From the human T2T-CHM13v2.0 reference genome, Homo sapiens, in assembly GCF_009914755.1 (NCBI RefSeq), contig NC_060936.1: a stretch of 64,000 nt of DNA. One strand, written 5' to 3'. Below, one piece after another: positions 34,620-51,440 of the stretch. A model generated the notes under the pieces. It worked only from the letters and a program-made list of their open reading frames with translations. It did no database searches and was not told the origin of the DNA. Positions within the stretch are counted from its first letter, which is position 1. Every line of letters starts with the position of its first letter. The translations under genes and the position numbers were made by a program.

Positions 34620-36215
34620 TAGTATGTTGAAAGAATGTTAACAAGGCCAACTGTAGTGTCCAAAGAAATCAACAGATTCAATCTTTATCAAAATATCAAT
34701 GTCATTTTTCACAGAATTGGTAAAAAAATAATCCAACATTACTTACAGAAGGAAAACATAAGAGCCAAAAGACCCAAAGCAATCCTAGGCAAAATAAACA
34801 AATTTGGAAGTGTCGCATTGCCTGAATTCAAATTATACGACAAGACTGCAGTAATGAAAACAGGATATGACTGGTCTAAAAATAGGCACATAGATCAATG
34901 GAACAGAGTAAAAGATCCAGAAATAAAGCAACATATTTGCAGGCAACTGATCTTTGACAAAGCAGACAAGAACGCACACTTGGGAAACATCACTCATTTC
35001 AATAAATGATGCTGAGAAAATTGGATTGCCATATGCAGAAGAATGAAACTGGAACACTATCTCTCACATCTCTCATATAGAAAAATAACTCAGGATGGAT
35101 TAAAGACTTAAATGTAAAATGTGGGCATATATTAATACAAGAAGAAAACTTCTGGACATTGGCTGAGAAAAGAACTTATGACTAAGACGTCAAAGCACAG
35201 GCAACAAAAATCAAATTGGACAAATGGCACTTAATTTATCTAAAATATTTTACAAGCAAAATAAATCAACAGTGTCAACAGGCAACATGCAGAGGGAAAA
35301 TATTTGTAAACTATGCATCATACAGGGAACTAATATGCAGAGTATACAAGGAACTCAAACTACTCAGCAACAACAACAACAAAAAATCAATTAAAAATAG
35401 ACAAAGGACATGAATAGATGTGTTTCAAAAGAATACATACAAACAGCCAACAGTAAATGAAAACATGTTCAACATCTCTAATCATTAGAGTAATGTGAAT
35501 GAAAACCACAATGAGATATCATCTTACCTCAGTCATAATGACTATTATTAAAAGGGTGAAAAATAACAGCTGTTGGCAAGGATAGGGAGAAAGGAGAACT
35601 CTTAAACACCCTTGGTGAGAATATACATTAGTACAGCTTCTATGGAAAACAGTATGATTTCTCAAAGAACTAAAACTAGAACTACATTTCCATTGAGCAA
35701 TCCTACTACTGGGTATCTCCTCAAAGGAAAAGTAGTCAATGTATCAAATATATACATTTATCTGTATGTTTATTGTAGCAACATTCACAGTAACAAAGAT
35801 ATTGAATCTACCAATGTATCTGTCAATGAATGATTGGATTAAAAAATGTAAATATATATACACAATACCATACTACTCAATTACAAAGAGAGAATGAAAT
35901 CACACATATTGTGACAATATGGATGGAACTGGGAGTCATTTTCTTAAGCCAAAGAGGCTAGATACAGAAAATCAAATATAACACGTTCTCACTGGTAAGT
36001 GGTTGCTAAAGAATGTGTCTGCATGGATGTAGAGAGTGAAATGATAGACAAAGAACACTTGGGAGTATGGGAGGCAGAGCGGTTGTATAGTGAGGTATTA
36101 ATAAATGTAGTGTTTGTTATTTGAGTGAGGAATACCCTAATGCTGTGACTTAAGTACTATATAATCTATGTAACAAAATCAAAACTTGTATTTGTTCAAA
36201 AATATTTTTTTAATT
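34620..36215 (+). mobile_element. Old L1 (L1M/L1PB-type) 3' portion
   Basis: Degenerate ORF2 peptides (RHIDQWNR...QLIFDK) and L1 3' UTR-like end. Confidence 0.85.
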
Positions 36216-36371
36216 AACAGAAAATCTAAGCATACTGCTTCCATACCCCACCATAAAAAAAAGACAATGACCAGCGTGGCCATAGCAGAATGAATTAGGT
36301 GTAGAGCATCCCCCAATTCCACAGAGAGTTAGGACTGAATACATCGGACTTTAGCATAGGTAAAAATTAGC

Positions 36372-36663
36372 AGCTGGGCGCACTGGCTCACCTCTGTAAT
36401 CCCAGTGCTGTGGGAGTATGAGGCAGGTGGTTCCCAAGGTCAGGAGTTCAAGACAAGCCTGGCTAACTTAGTGAAACCCCTACTCAACTAAAAATACAAA
36501 AATTTAGCTGGGTGTGGTTGCGCACACCTGTTATCCCAGCTATTCAGGAGGCTGAGGCAGTAGAATCACTTGAACCCAGGAGGCAGAGGTTGTAGTGAGC
36601 TGAGAACTTGCCACTGCACTCCAGCCTGGGAAACAGAGGAAGACTCTGTCTAAAAAAAAAAAA
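36372..36663 (+). mobile_element. Alu (AluS-like)
   Basis: Dimeric Alu with A tail. Confidence 0.9.
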
Positions 36664-38246
36664 TACTGTCTGGTTCTTATAGAGTAAAAGTGGTGGCAAT
36701 CAACTGGAAAACATAGAAAAGTAATATAATTTTTAAATGGCCAAGGTGGGTAATTGACTGTTGGGAAATAAATAGAACTATTTGGTGTAAACTGCAGGTG
36801 AGGCTTGCTTAGAGGGGCTGATAGAGATGAAAGTGATGAAACTGGCTGCAGTAGGAAATTATTTTGAAGCTTGAACGTCACAAAGATAACATAGCTGATT
36901 TGACTAGATGTAATGTGATGAAAGAGGAAAAGAGAAGAGTCAAGAATAAATCCTAGTTTGCTTAATTAATTAAATGAATTCTTTACCAAGACCAAAAAGA
37001 GCTGGAAGAGGAAGAACTTTGTAGCTGTAGGAGGGAAGAGGCAGAGATAGGAGAAACCCTAGGAGAGAGGGGGAGGCTCCTGGAAAGATTGATAGAGTGT
37101 TCCCAAAAGAAGGGTAGGATCAGTGGTGTTAAACTGCTGAGGGGTCACAGGAGATGCGGGACTGAGAGTTGATTCCTGAAATGAGTAGAATGGAGGCAGT
37201 AGATGATCTTTACAGACTTGAAGTGAAAAGAACAAAAGCATCTATAACGTGTGCATATGAAAAATTTGGAGGTGGGGGAATGGGGAAATAATCACATACA
37301 TACGTTTCAAGAACTTTTCCAATAAAAATGGCAGACAAATAATATGGTGGGAAAGAAGCACTAAGAGTCTTAGGAAGACTTCTGTGGAAATGGGTGATGT
37401 TTCAGCAGGCTTTTGCTGATTGAAGTAATCCCATAGAGCATAGATGTAACAATCACAAGACAAAAGGGTCACATGCAGAAGCAAAATCCTTGATTGGGCA
37501 ATGTGGTTCAGAATCAAGTGGGAAGGTGAGAGATAGGGGTAGGAATGCTTCACCTATGATAATAGGAGAGAAGCCAGAGACCAGGGCTTCAACTGGGTTG
37601 CTCAACTTAGTGGTGGTTATGGTGAGATCATTCTGTTCGGATTTTTCCGACTTCTTAGTGAATTATCTGAGGCTATCGGTGGGCACAGGGGCAGTTTTCT
37701 AATATTGAAACTTCCTTGCTTGAGAAGCAGACATGCCAGTCTCTGCAAGGTTTTTGGTATATATGTTATCTCATTAGTTTCCATACTCTAAGGTAGTTGT
37801 TATGATTATTCTCATTTTAGATGAGGAATTTGAAGCCCTGAGAGTCTAAGTAAACTTTTAAGACTCCAGAGATAGTAAGAAAAACAGTTAGGTCTTAATT
37901 AAAACCTGAGAGGGTCCAAAATTTTTGCTTCTTAAAATCATGCTGTCTCTTTAATGAAGTCCATTCAGGTTTCGTTGAAGAAAGATGAGGAAAATAGGAA
38001 GGGAGAGAAGTGATCACTGTTAAAATAGGGTCAATGAGATAGAGAGGGTTCTGGGGATAAGAAGCATAGACCCATATTCATTCCCTTGAAACCAAACTCA
38101 GCTTCTTAGAAATTATAAGGATCTCTTTCAGCTTTTGTGACTTTTTTGCATTTGTTGTGTTTTCTGTCCTTAAGATCACTGGAATATCAGTAAACAATCA
38201 GAAAATAATTTTAAAATTTCAATTTATGCTGTAGAAGTCATGGAAG

Positions 38247-38537
38247 GGCCAGGCATGGTGGCTCACACCTATAATCCTGGAAGTTTCAGAGGCCGAGGAA
38301 AGCGGATCACCTGAGGTCAGGAGTTGGAGACTAGCCTGGCCAACATGGTGAAACCCCGTTTCTACTAAAAATACAAAAATTAGCTGTGCATGATGGTGGG
38401 CACCTATAATCTCAGATACTTAGAAGGCTGAGGCAGGAGAATAGCTTGAACCCAGGAGATGCAGAAGGCAGTGAGCCGAGATCGTGCCACTGCACTCCAG
38501 CCTGGGTGAAAAAAGCTCCATCTTGGAGGAAAAAAAA
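38247..38537 (+). mobile_element. Alu (AluS-like), ~180 bp downstream of the PRB2 poly(A) site
   Basis: Dimeric Alu; TSD gaagtca(t/g)ggaag on both sides. Confidence 0.9.
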
Positions 38538-38719
38538 TGGAAGTCAGGGAAGTAGAGAAACAGTAAAACCTTTTTGCATGGCAGCTGGCTAAATTAGGAT
38601 TAAGGAGGAGGGAAACTTCCCGGAGCATCAAGGAAAAGGGTTCCTAGATATTCGTGTAATGTCTTCTCTTGGTCCTCAGATCCCACATTCACAAATATTG
38701 AGAAACAGACACCACAATC

Positions 38720-38834
38720 AGAAATTGCAAGCTAATTATTTTATTGGTATACAGAAGTTAGAGCTATGATGACCTATTTCCCAATGTCATGGCATTTGAA
38801 TCATTTGAATCACTCTCATCTTCTTATTCACTTC
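38720..38834 (-). other. PRB2: PRB2 non-coding exon 4 (3' UTR)
   Basis: Acceptor TGTTTGTTTCAG|GAAGTG at 38834; AATAAA followed by GT-rich DNA; 3' end approximate. Confidence 0.85.
38740..38745 (-). terminator. PRB2 polyadenylation signal AATAAA
   Basis: tttatt on + strand; downstream TGATTGTGGTGTCTGTTT GU-rich element. Confidence 0.85.
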
Positions 38835-40012
38835 CTGAAACAAACAAACAAGGAAGTTCATAGACCAGACTTGACATGGCAGGAAATGTCGAATTCCTCA
38901 CTGGTCTTACTGCACTACAGTACATGAGAGCCCATCCTCTCTCCCCCTATCCCTTCTACCTCCTGTGTTTCCTCCCTAATTTTTTGTGTGTTCACTCTTT
39001 GGATGCCCTTGCACAAAATGTGCTCCAAATTGTTCCTTACGTGATGAAGACAGAAGATCATTCTTAGCTTGTTATTACTTGCTGCTGAATTTGTTCACAG
39101 ATATATTTACACAGATGGGAACTGGAACATATTTTATAACAGTGAGAAGCTGAAACCACCCTCAGTGTCCAGTGACACAGATTGGTTAAAGAAATCACGG
39201 TGCAGCCACATAATGGAGTAGTATAAAATGGTAAAAACAAACAGATAACCACTGAAGAGATCTACTTAGCTTCATAGACGTATGTGGAAATTTTCAAAGA
39301 AATGTATTTTTTAAATGACTAACATATGTACCTGAATATAAATTATAGTATTAGTTCTGGGGGAAAAATATTCTAGTTGTCTATGTACACATAAATATTT
39401 CAAACAGAAGATGCCATAAAGTTAACAGTGGCAGTTTTCTGAAGGAGGGGAGGCAGGTAGGATGAGTCATGCCTTTAAATTTAGATTCATATTTTTCCAT
39501 TGCATTAGATATTTTTTGTTAGCTTAATCATGTACTTATTGAACAGTAAGAATTTGAAAAATGAGACACCATTTAGCTGCTGAAAGTTCAGGGACCACTT
39601 GGCAGGAATACTGGACTCAAGAGGCTGGTGTGAGGCAGGACTGAGCAAACAGTGCTCAGGTGAAAACTTTAAATGGGAGGTCTCTCAGTTTGTGCACAGA
39701 AAACAGAGCGCCAGAGAGAACATGGTACTACTTCCTTGTTGCCAACACAACTTAAGACAGATTATTTGGAATTTTGTTTCTCAACATCAGAATTCCTTAA
39801 AGAGTTTGTTACAAATATAGGATCTTGTTACCCATTTCCAGAATATGTCAATACAAATCTTTAGAAATGGGATCTGGGACTATACAATGCCAATGGGCTT
39901 TTAGCTGATTCATTGGCACAATAAAGCTGGAGAGCTGTAGCAATTAGAGCACTTGGTGAAGAATAAACTGGAATCATACCTGTCATTGAATCCTAGATGA
40001 CTGGGGAGGCTG

Positions 40013-41293
<1,281 letters not shown>

Positions 41294-41680
41294 TTAATTT
41301 CTTTGCATTTCAGTGAAGACATAGAACTCTGGAGTGGAGCGCCAGGGAAGAACAAAGCAGTTGAGGGCCTCTCATTATAAAGAGGAGACAGAATGAGGAT
41401 GCTGCCCATTTGTCTGTCATCTCCCAGCAGGCACTCCTGGCCAGGGGGATGAGGTAACCCACTCCTGCTGTCATCTAAGCCAAGCATCTCTGCCGTTCAA
41501 TTTGGTGGCCTGCTCATGATGCCCAGAATCAAGGTTGCATGAAGAGTGCCTATATTATTAGGAGCACTAACATTAATCAATTCCCGAAAGGAAAGTTTTG
41601 ATAAGAAGACACTGGAGAACTGATCCATTCATAAGCAGAAAAAGACAGTCAGAACAGATTGAGAATGAATCGGGATTTAC

Positions 41681-41716
41681 CTGCTATTAGGGAGGGAGAT
41701 TCTTCCTGGCTGACAT
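41681..41716 (-). CDS. PRB2: PRB2 exon 2 (36 nt, DVSQEESPSLIA)
   Basis: AG/GT boundaries; identical to PRB1 exon 2. Confidence 0.95.
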
Positions 41717-42651
41717 CTAGAAGAGAAGCACAGGATGATGGGAACAGTTACATCTTGAACCTTACAAGACTCACAAGTGTTCTACAGGGAAAACAGACTT
41801 CTCACCACACCCCATGCATCCCCTAAGTTAACTCATCAGCCACCATCTGTGAAGCTGCTGGAAGGGGAGGAAGGTGTAAGGGGAGGCAGGGTTGTTATGA
41901 CAGAGCAACAGCCATGAACTCAACATAGAAGAGCCCCTTTTTTCCCTCCCTAGCATCCCTCAAGACTTAATGCTAATTTAGTTCACAAATGCCAGGTACT
42001 TCAATGTGATATTTTGGTGTTCTTATGCCCTCCATCTCCTATAAATACATTGCTTATGTACACATGCTTTCTCAATTGGGGTAACCAGAAGTAATCATTT
42101 CAATACAATCTTACCCATACCACTCCCAGCACATTGAAATACTGCGTGTAAGGGAGAGAAAAATGACAATGATTGGCTCTGATATTTCTGTATCTCTAGT
42201 TAAACAGAGACAAGTGTTCCATCCAATTCTCTGTCTCTGCAGTATCTCTGATACTGTGTGTGTCTATCGCCGTCATCGATGCTGATGCACTGTACAGCAA
42301 GGCCACCATCATCCCTGTGTACTTACTGAGATCAGTTTAGGATCTTCACAGCTGGACTTCCATGAATCTGCCTTGCATTCTCTACTGCATCCTTCACAGC
42401 ACAGTTCTATCTATAAATGCAAATCTTACCTTCTCATTCCCCTGGAACAAATTCTTTATTGGATTTCATTGTACATTAAATAAATTAGAAACTCTTATTG
42501 TGGAATGAGGGCACAACAAGTCTCCTGATCCTAGGCATGAAAACTCTGCAGCCCCATCTGTGTTTTCATTCTCCTCTCTTCCCCGTAATTACCATTATCA
42601 CCTCCTAAGCCCCAAGCAGAGTCACCACATCTTCTCCCCCTTCTGTTTTAC

Positions 42652-42715
42652 CTTCATTTAAGTTCTGAGCTGAGCTCAGGGCCAGCAAGGCCACTGACAG
42701 CAGAATCAACAGCAT
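42652..42715 (-). CDS. PRB2: Basic salivary proline-rich protein 2, coding exon 1 (signal peptide)
   Basis: Identical to PRB1 exon 1; ATG at 42715-42713; donor G|GTAAAA. Confidence 0.95.
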
Positions 42716-42774
42716 CTTGCAGGAGGCTCTGGAGTCACTCCCAACTCTGTGCTGGGAGGAACGTGGCAACTCCC

Positions 42775-42780
42775 TTTATA
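42775..42780 (-). promoter_or_regulatory. PRB2 TATA box (TSS ~42750)
   Basis: TATAAA ~60 nt upstream of the ATG; same context as PRB1. Confidence 0.85.
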
Positions 42781-45700
42781 AAGAGGAGAAGAACAATGGC
42801 ACCTTTGAGCTCCACACTGGGTGGGCCTCACCACCTCAGAGACTGGCTTCTGCTTTGCTCACTGCAGGTCAGGTGTATCCTTTATTTTTCTTTGAGACTC
42901 TAGCCCAGAGAGATGAGTTGGATAGGATATGTTGTTAGTGTCTTATTTCCAAAAGGTACAACTATGACTTGAACAATGGTTTTGAAGGAACTGTGTCCAA
43001 GCCATCAGCACTGTGTCATCACTGAACTTTAGATATCATTAGAGTTTCAATCTTTTAGGTAAGACTATCATCCACTTTCCACTGTGCTATTTATTTCTGT
43101 TTATGTGTGTGTGAGCAGCGATGCTACAACCAGCAGTGAAGATGGTCAATATCTCTGGATATTATTATGCCCTATTTCCATCTCTTGTGATGTGTGTGTA
43201 CAGATATTTTCATATTTAGCTCAATTTTTGATGTGATAGAGATGGTTTCTGCTATCTATGAGATGTGTGAGGACAGCACACTTCTGTGCACACATAGATG
43301 ACAGAAAGCTGCCCCGCAGCCTGCTCAGGATAGGGCTATTGTTCAAGTTTCTGTGGATCTCACTCAGCTGAGGCAAGGCTTGGTCCTGTACAACACAGGA
43401 AGTCTAAAATTTTGTATTCTAAAGTAATTTTAGAGGTTATTAACGCAAAATGGACACAGAAACCACCAGGAAATTTCTAGACCTGAGAAAACTGAATACA
43501 TAGTTCTGTGAGGGAGCCATGCGATGTCATGTTGCTAAAATTTCCTTCATGCTCTTCCCTTTCTCTAGAATATTCTATAAAATTCACCCACTGCTTCATT
43601 TCTTTTAGGAATTATATCGAATTCTTACCACTGATAATTAAGTGGCCACAATTCTACATTCAAATAAGATAATCAGATACCACCATCAAACCCTCAATTG
43701 CATTCTATTGGTTTTATTGGTTTAGTCAGTATTTGTGTTACCTGTTTTCTCAGATTCTTCTTCCACGAGTATTTTTCTACAATATTCTGATATGCATTCC
43801 TCCCCACGTTCTTTCTAGTACTTCTTTTACATATTTTATTTTCTGAGTCAAGCTCATTATGTGTATCTTTTATTATGTAGCTGGCTTTTCCCCATGAATT
43901 TGGTGAGATTTCCTTTATTTAATCTTTTAAGTAATAGGATATATACTCCTCACCATCTTTTTTCATTCCTGTCTGTGTAATTTCACAATAAATGTTGTGT
44001 TTCCAAAAAGCCCTCTCAGAGTCCTGCATTGTTAGCACTTCTTTTAGCTGCTGGTTCTTCTCTTATATCTGGTAAATCCCTGCTCATCAGTTCATGGAAT
44101 ATACAGGTTAGTCAGTATCAACAGCTGCCATTTACCACTTAGACCTTCTGTGTGTCTTGTGTAATTGTTCACATTTTGTGCATGGCTGGTGTTAATTTGA
44201 GAACAGATTGGTGGGAGGTATGATGGGGGTAGAGAGGGTATGTGACAGTAAATCCTAAAGACAGGCCTCTTGACCGTTGTGGATGAGTGGATCCTGTGCT
44301 GTGCACATGAGGGTCTGGTCTGGCCCTTCTGAAGAGTTGCGGATATTAGTACAGGGAGACTTCCTAATACAAAAGGCTTTGCTATGCATAACTTTGCCCT
44401 TGCAGGGGAACCAGGCAGATTGGTATTTTCCCTGGCATAAATATAGACATACTTCAAAGGGGAATACATTACTAATTGGCAGTTCTTTCTGGCTCTATGG
44501 AAAGTGGATTGGTTCTAGCTGAGCTTCATGAGTTTTATCTTAGGCAGGGAGTAGTTGCTTGGTCCCAGCAGATCCCAGTGCTTTGTTGAGATTTGTGTCT
44601 CTGGTCTCACAGACACTGTTTTCCATAGGAAATGGAAATGAACAATCCTGCCTAGCTGGCTTAAGCTAGACCATCAGGTAGCAAAGGAATGTCAGAGACA
44701 AGGAGCAACAAAGAGGCACGGATGACATTGCCTGATTATGTCACCAACTGAGGTTGCTACAGCCTGATGCAAGACAGACTTCCCCTTGGCAGGAGAGTAC
44801 AGGAAGAGAACAGAAATGCCCCTAAAGGTCACTCATTTCAGGCCCTTTCCCTGGTCTTCTCCAGTGTCAGCAATGAGTAAAGTTTTTCAGGAAAGCATAA
44901 ATATAAGCTATGCACTCACCAGACAAAACAAAAAAGAGGTGATGGAAATGTGGAAAGGGATACCGTCTGTGACTGAATGTGGGTGGAAGAGAGAAGCAGG
45001 ACTGCAGCAGGAGCTTGGGCACCTATATGTGAGTGGCAGCCCTCAGCACTCCACTTGCCTTCTAATATCCATGTTCATATTCTCAGGTCCAGAAGGAACA
45101 GTCTTCAACATATGAAATTTTAGGAACACAGTTCAGCTCTCATAACAGCTCCCAACCTTTTCTAAGTCAAGTGTTCAGTGGTTCAAAACTCCTCACTCCC
45201 TTCAGGCACTGCCCTTTAGCAAATCGAGTTGCTTCCACTTTCAACACTCATCCCAAATACAACAACTTGCATAATCTTTACTAGAAGGTGATAGTTCAGG
45301 CCATGATGCTCTCTCCTGAAGAAGTTTAATATCCTCAGCTGCTCTTGGTAACATTCCTACCCCAGCACATCCCATATCCATTCCCCTCACATCAGTCACA
45401 GTGATCATTGAAAAGTAGGAATTAGATCATAACACTTTTGTGCTTCAAATGCTCTTAGGATTTTCTTCTGCACTTGTAATAAGATCCAAACTTCATGCCT
45501 CAGCTCTCTCACACCCACACATCTCCCTCTTTTTGAAGACGCGGAAGCTCTGTGAATGGAACAGAAAGCCAAATCCTCCTCAACTTACTGTGTTCATTGG
45601 GTAAACCAACCATTCTGATAACACAGTTGTGTTTGAGAATTCAGCGTTGCTTTGACTTTTCTAAAAACTTTGGTTACACTAGTAGGATCTTCATCTTTAC

Positions 45701-47537
45701 ATTTTTATTTGATGTTGATGCTCTCTAATATATATATATTTCACAATTATTTGAGCATATTTATATTCTTTCCATTTATCCTAGCAAAGGCTGATTATAA
45801 TAGAAAACATTTCTTCAGCATTTACTATATGATATTCAATGTTCAGAACCATCATATTAGGGAGGTGTGATGATTATTATTATCTTAATTTTGTAGATGA
45901 GGTAATTTAGGTGCGTGTCTAGGTTCATATAAAGGTAGTAAGTGGAATGGAAGGCAGTCAGTTCTCAGATCTGAGTTCTTGCCTACTGTGCTCCAGTGGT
46001 TACTTGCTCTTCATTCATTCATTTCTCTAAAAGAAAGTGAAAGGAAATGAGATTCAGAGAACAAAAACAAGTTTCTCTTAGAATATTGTCAAGGTTAAAT
46101 TTTCCTGAGACGTTAACAGCTAATGTGACTAAAAATATATTTTCCTGAGTAAACATGTTTGTTTGAAATCATAATCCCATTTAAACATATTCTAGTCTTC
46201 CGCTTTACCGCTTGCATTTATATAAAGACACTCAGAGGAATTAATTCCTTTTTTTTTCTAATTACAAAACCCTGTCAATGTAGATCCTGTATGTCCTTCC
46301 TTAATCCATGCTACATGCATTTTTCTTGGGTGGCGTATTAGCATTGACAAAATTTGTGTATGCCCTTTTAAATTGACTAAATTTGATCCTTCTAATCACA
46401 ATGGATCTAAAATTCTAGAAATCCAAGAGGGAGCCTGGTCAGAGAGTTGTCTAAGAAAGGATAAACTATATACCACTTACATAACTTTCAGTCTTCTGCA
46501 TGAAGATGTCACCTGTGTCCTGGCCCCAGAGCTGGTGTTCCACCCTCAGTGATTGGGGCCATAGAAGGCATTGGTCATCAGCCTAAGGTCAAGTGTCTGT
46601 AGCCTCATCACACCACTGTTATCACAATGTCAGAGTGTATTCTTCAGCTTTCAGTTAAACATCCTATCAGTTCATAGAGAAGTACAATCACAACTTATCT
46701 CATAAGAAATACAAAGCAATGTATGTCACCCTCATATTTTTCTGATCATGTACAAAGTCGGTAAGATGATAGGAATTTCATTAAAGTGATTAATCAATGA
46801 CTCATTTATTAAACCCATAAACCTGTACCTATCTCTTTCAAAAGATGTTGTCTCCTCTGCTTAAGAACCACGAATTATTACTGTATTTCATTGATTTTGA
46901 AGTCCACATGTATGCATATTTATCATCTTGGAAATTGTTTTTAAAATATGATCACGACAGAATCATTCATCCAATGTTTTCTTCTTACAATGGTACCTTG
47001 ATCTCCTCTCTTGAAGGGCTGAGGTCTGCTTTTACCTCCTTGGAGCTTGGGTAGAACTTCATTACTGCCATGACCAGTAGATTATATCAGAAGTGATACT
47101 TTGTGACTTTTGAGTCTGTATCATAGAAATGCCATGCAATTCCAAATTGTTCTTTATGGAACCTGACACATGCTGTGAGGATGTCCATGCTGTGAGACAG
47201 AGATAGAACATTCATTTTAAAAATGATTGGATCAAAACTGTCTCTAAACAATATTCAATAACCGAGTTTGTTTCAGTGACCCATTTGCTACCTATATCGT
47301 ATATTATATTTCAACACATGCATGGCTACATAGCTAAAGATATATGGATCATTCCTTTCTATCTTGCATAGTGATGTTTCTGATGCCTTAGCTCTTCTAG
47401 TACTTACAATAGCACTTTGAGGATTTTTTGCATTTATGTTCACTTTTCAAAGTTAGAAATAAAATCTTAATGTGATTGAGTGACTTTCCCTAACACATAC
47501 ACTTCATAGGGAACAGCATAAGAAAAAGAAATGAAGG

Positions 47538-47568
<31 letters not shown>

Positions 47569-50004
47569 AATGAGACAATGACCTTATTCATGAGAACAAT
47601 GTAAAATACCTAGGATCAAATAGCAAGAAATGCACAGGATTCAGTTGAAGAAGAATGATCAAACTTTGATGCAGAATATGCACTAAAATGTACATACATG
47701 TAAATTTCTGCACATGAAAATGCTATATTCAAATAGGACAAATTTTCCAGGTGTTCTGGCAAAAATTGCACAACAGTCCCCTCTTCATGTCTGATTTTGG
47801 CTTTGCTCAATCACAAACTCTGTTATTTTTCTATTTGTCATTCCAATTCCACAGTTTTGTTTACATTTGTTGTTTATTGTCATCTCTTCTTTCATTCTCC
47901 TCAATCTTGGGTATTAATTTCTGCTGTGCTTCTTTATTGTAATTTTGTTGGGACATTGGGAAAGGGCAGAAATCAGTCCATGTGTTCAATGCACTGTGCA
48001 TTCCAATACCCTGAGTATAGAGATAAATTCCTTATCACAGTTTATAGCAGGTTCTACAGATGATCTTTTTGTTTATGACTCTTTCTATATAAGTGTATTC
48101 AAGTGACTTTACAAGGCAGACTGCTGTTACCTGTGTTCCTAATTTTATCAGAAGAATATGCCACTGTCTTTTCTTTCCTGGCTGCATTAAATGTAACATG
48201 ACCATGACTTGATAATCACATGGTTATTTTTTACAACATTATTGAGTAAACATCTGGCAACAATCTTAAATATTGAATACATTTTTATACTCTAATATAC
48301 TAACAAATATAATTTTTTAAAAACAAATGTACATTGTTTCAAGTCTATTACTTATCCATCTTTGGAATTGCCAAAGCAAATCTCTCCATATTATTAAAAA
48401 AAAAAAAAAAAAAACTTTTGTGCCTTCTAGTAAACAGACATAGAAACAGAATTTTATGATATGATACATAAAAGAGTTTGTATTTATCTTACATTTTTGC
48501 TAACCTTACTTTTTAGCTAAGCTTTTGTCTATATTTGAATTTTCTTGATGGAAACATGCCTTTGTACATTTTTATTGAGCAATTAAAGGCTTATTTAACT
48601 AGTCAACCTAACAACATTGACATACGGTTTTTGTCAGATTGGAATGATCTACAAAGCTTCTGAAGCTTGAACTTTGGGGTCCTTCATGTGCACAGGCCCT
48701 TCCCAAGATCCTGTTTAGAGTGAACAGAATACAGAGATTTAGAAGGTTCATGAAATAGCAGTGGTCTTCTTTATGCCGACTCCTTTACTCAAGCCTTTAT
48801 GTATTTTTCTGTCTTCCACTGACCCATGGGGATCATAAGATTTCAAGACCTTCTCCTCCCTAAAACAAACTCCAATCATTTGAGGGATATCTGAATTTTT
48901 TTCTGAAAAGAAGACTTGGGAATACCTATAGAAGCAAATTTCTAAATAATCTGATTCTTATGTCTACAAATAATGGCTATCTTCCTGCACTGCTGTAAAT
49001 GTACTGTGCCATTGCAGATTATACATGGAGGAATCTAAAGAGTGTACTGTAGTGGTGACTGAAGGGCCTATTGAAATGAGGTACAGCTATAGATTCTTGC
49101 TCTTCCACTAGTTTTTCCCTTGAAGAACATACTCCCTGCACAATGGCACCTTCCCTTAGTATTTGTAGTGTTTCTACCTTTAAGCATGGAAGGAATGGTC
49201 AATGTTAGCAATGTTTTCTTTTCTTTACAATTTACGGCGGGGTAAGGACAATTCTCATGTTTGACTATAAAAGCAAGGGCAGCTTCATGGCCCTAATCCA
49301 TTTGGGCATTTCTGCTGGTGTCCTGGATCCATCTATCTCCACATCTGTGTATCCAGAGATGGTGCTGACTGTGGCAATTACCAATTCATGGAGGTTCTTT
49401 GATTTTTAATAGGAAGAGTGATTTCCCCAGAGGTTTTCTCTTTAAATGAAGACATTCCTTCCCTGATTTCTGGGACATACCACTGTTGTTTATTCTGAAG
49501 AGTCCATGACTGGAACATCAGGGAAGGCCACAGATTTTTGTATTCTTTCTTTATTCAGGCTCTTTGGTTTTCCTTGGGAGGGATTCTACAACAGACTTAC
49601 TAAGTGAGACTCTGAAACTCTGCCCCTATTTTGTACCCTTCTCCCCCAGGCATCTTGTTCGCTTAGCTGAGTACACTCTTGGGAAGAAGAGAGAATATGG
49701 TGGTAGCTCATGAGGACACGTCCAGTTTGCTTCCACAGCCTAAGACTCAACTGAATAAACACCTGAAATCTAAGTCTCCCTAAAGGTGTGCAACAGCTTT
49801 GGGGGATCTTTAACCATTTACCTCCTGTTATCTTTGGAATGGAGCAAAAACTAAAAGTGTTACATGGGAAGTTTGTTTCAATTCTACCACCTGGTACTCA
49901 GTTTACAAGCATTTCCCAATCCTACTTCTTAATGAGTTATATAAAAGGAGAAGATTTATTGACCATTTGTCATACATTTTGGTCAACATGTCAGTTATTG
50001 ATAT

Positions 50005-51440
<1,436 letters not shown>

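Noticed and set aside
36250-37950. Possible L2/MIR relics
   Set aside because: Purine-rich and suggestive, but boundaries and family cannot be supported by eye
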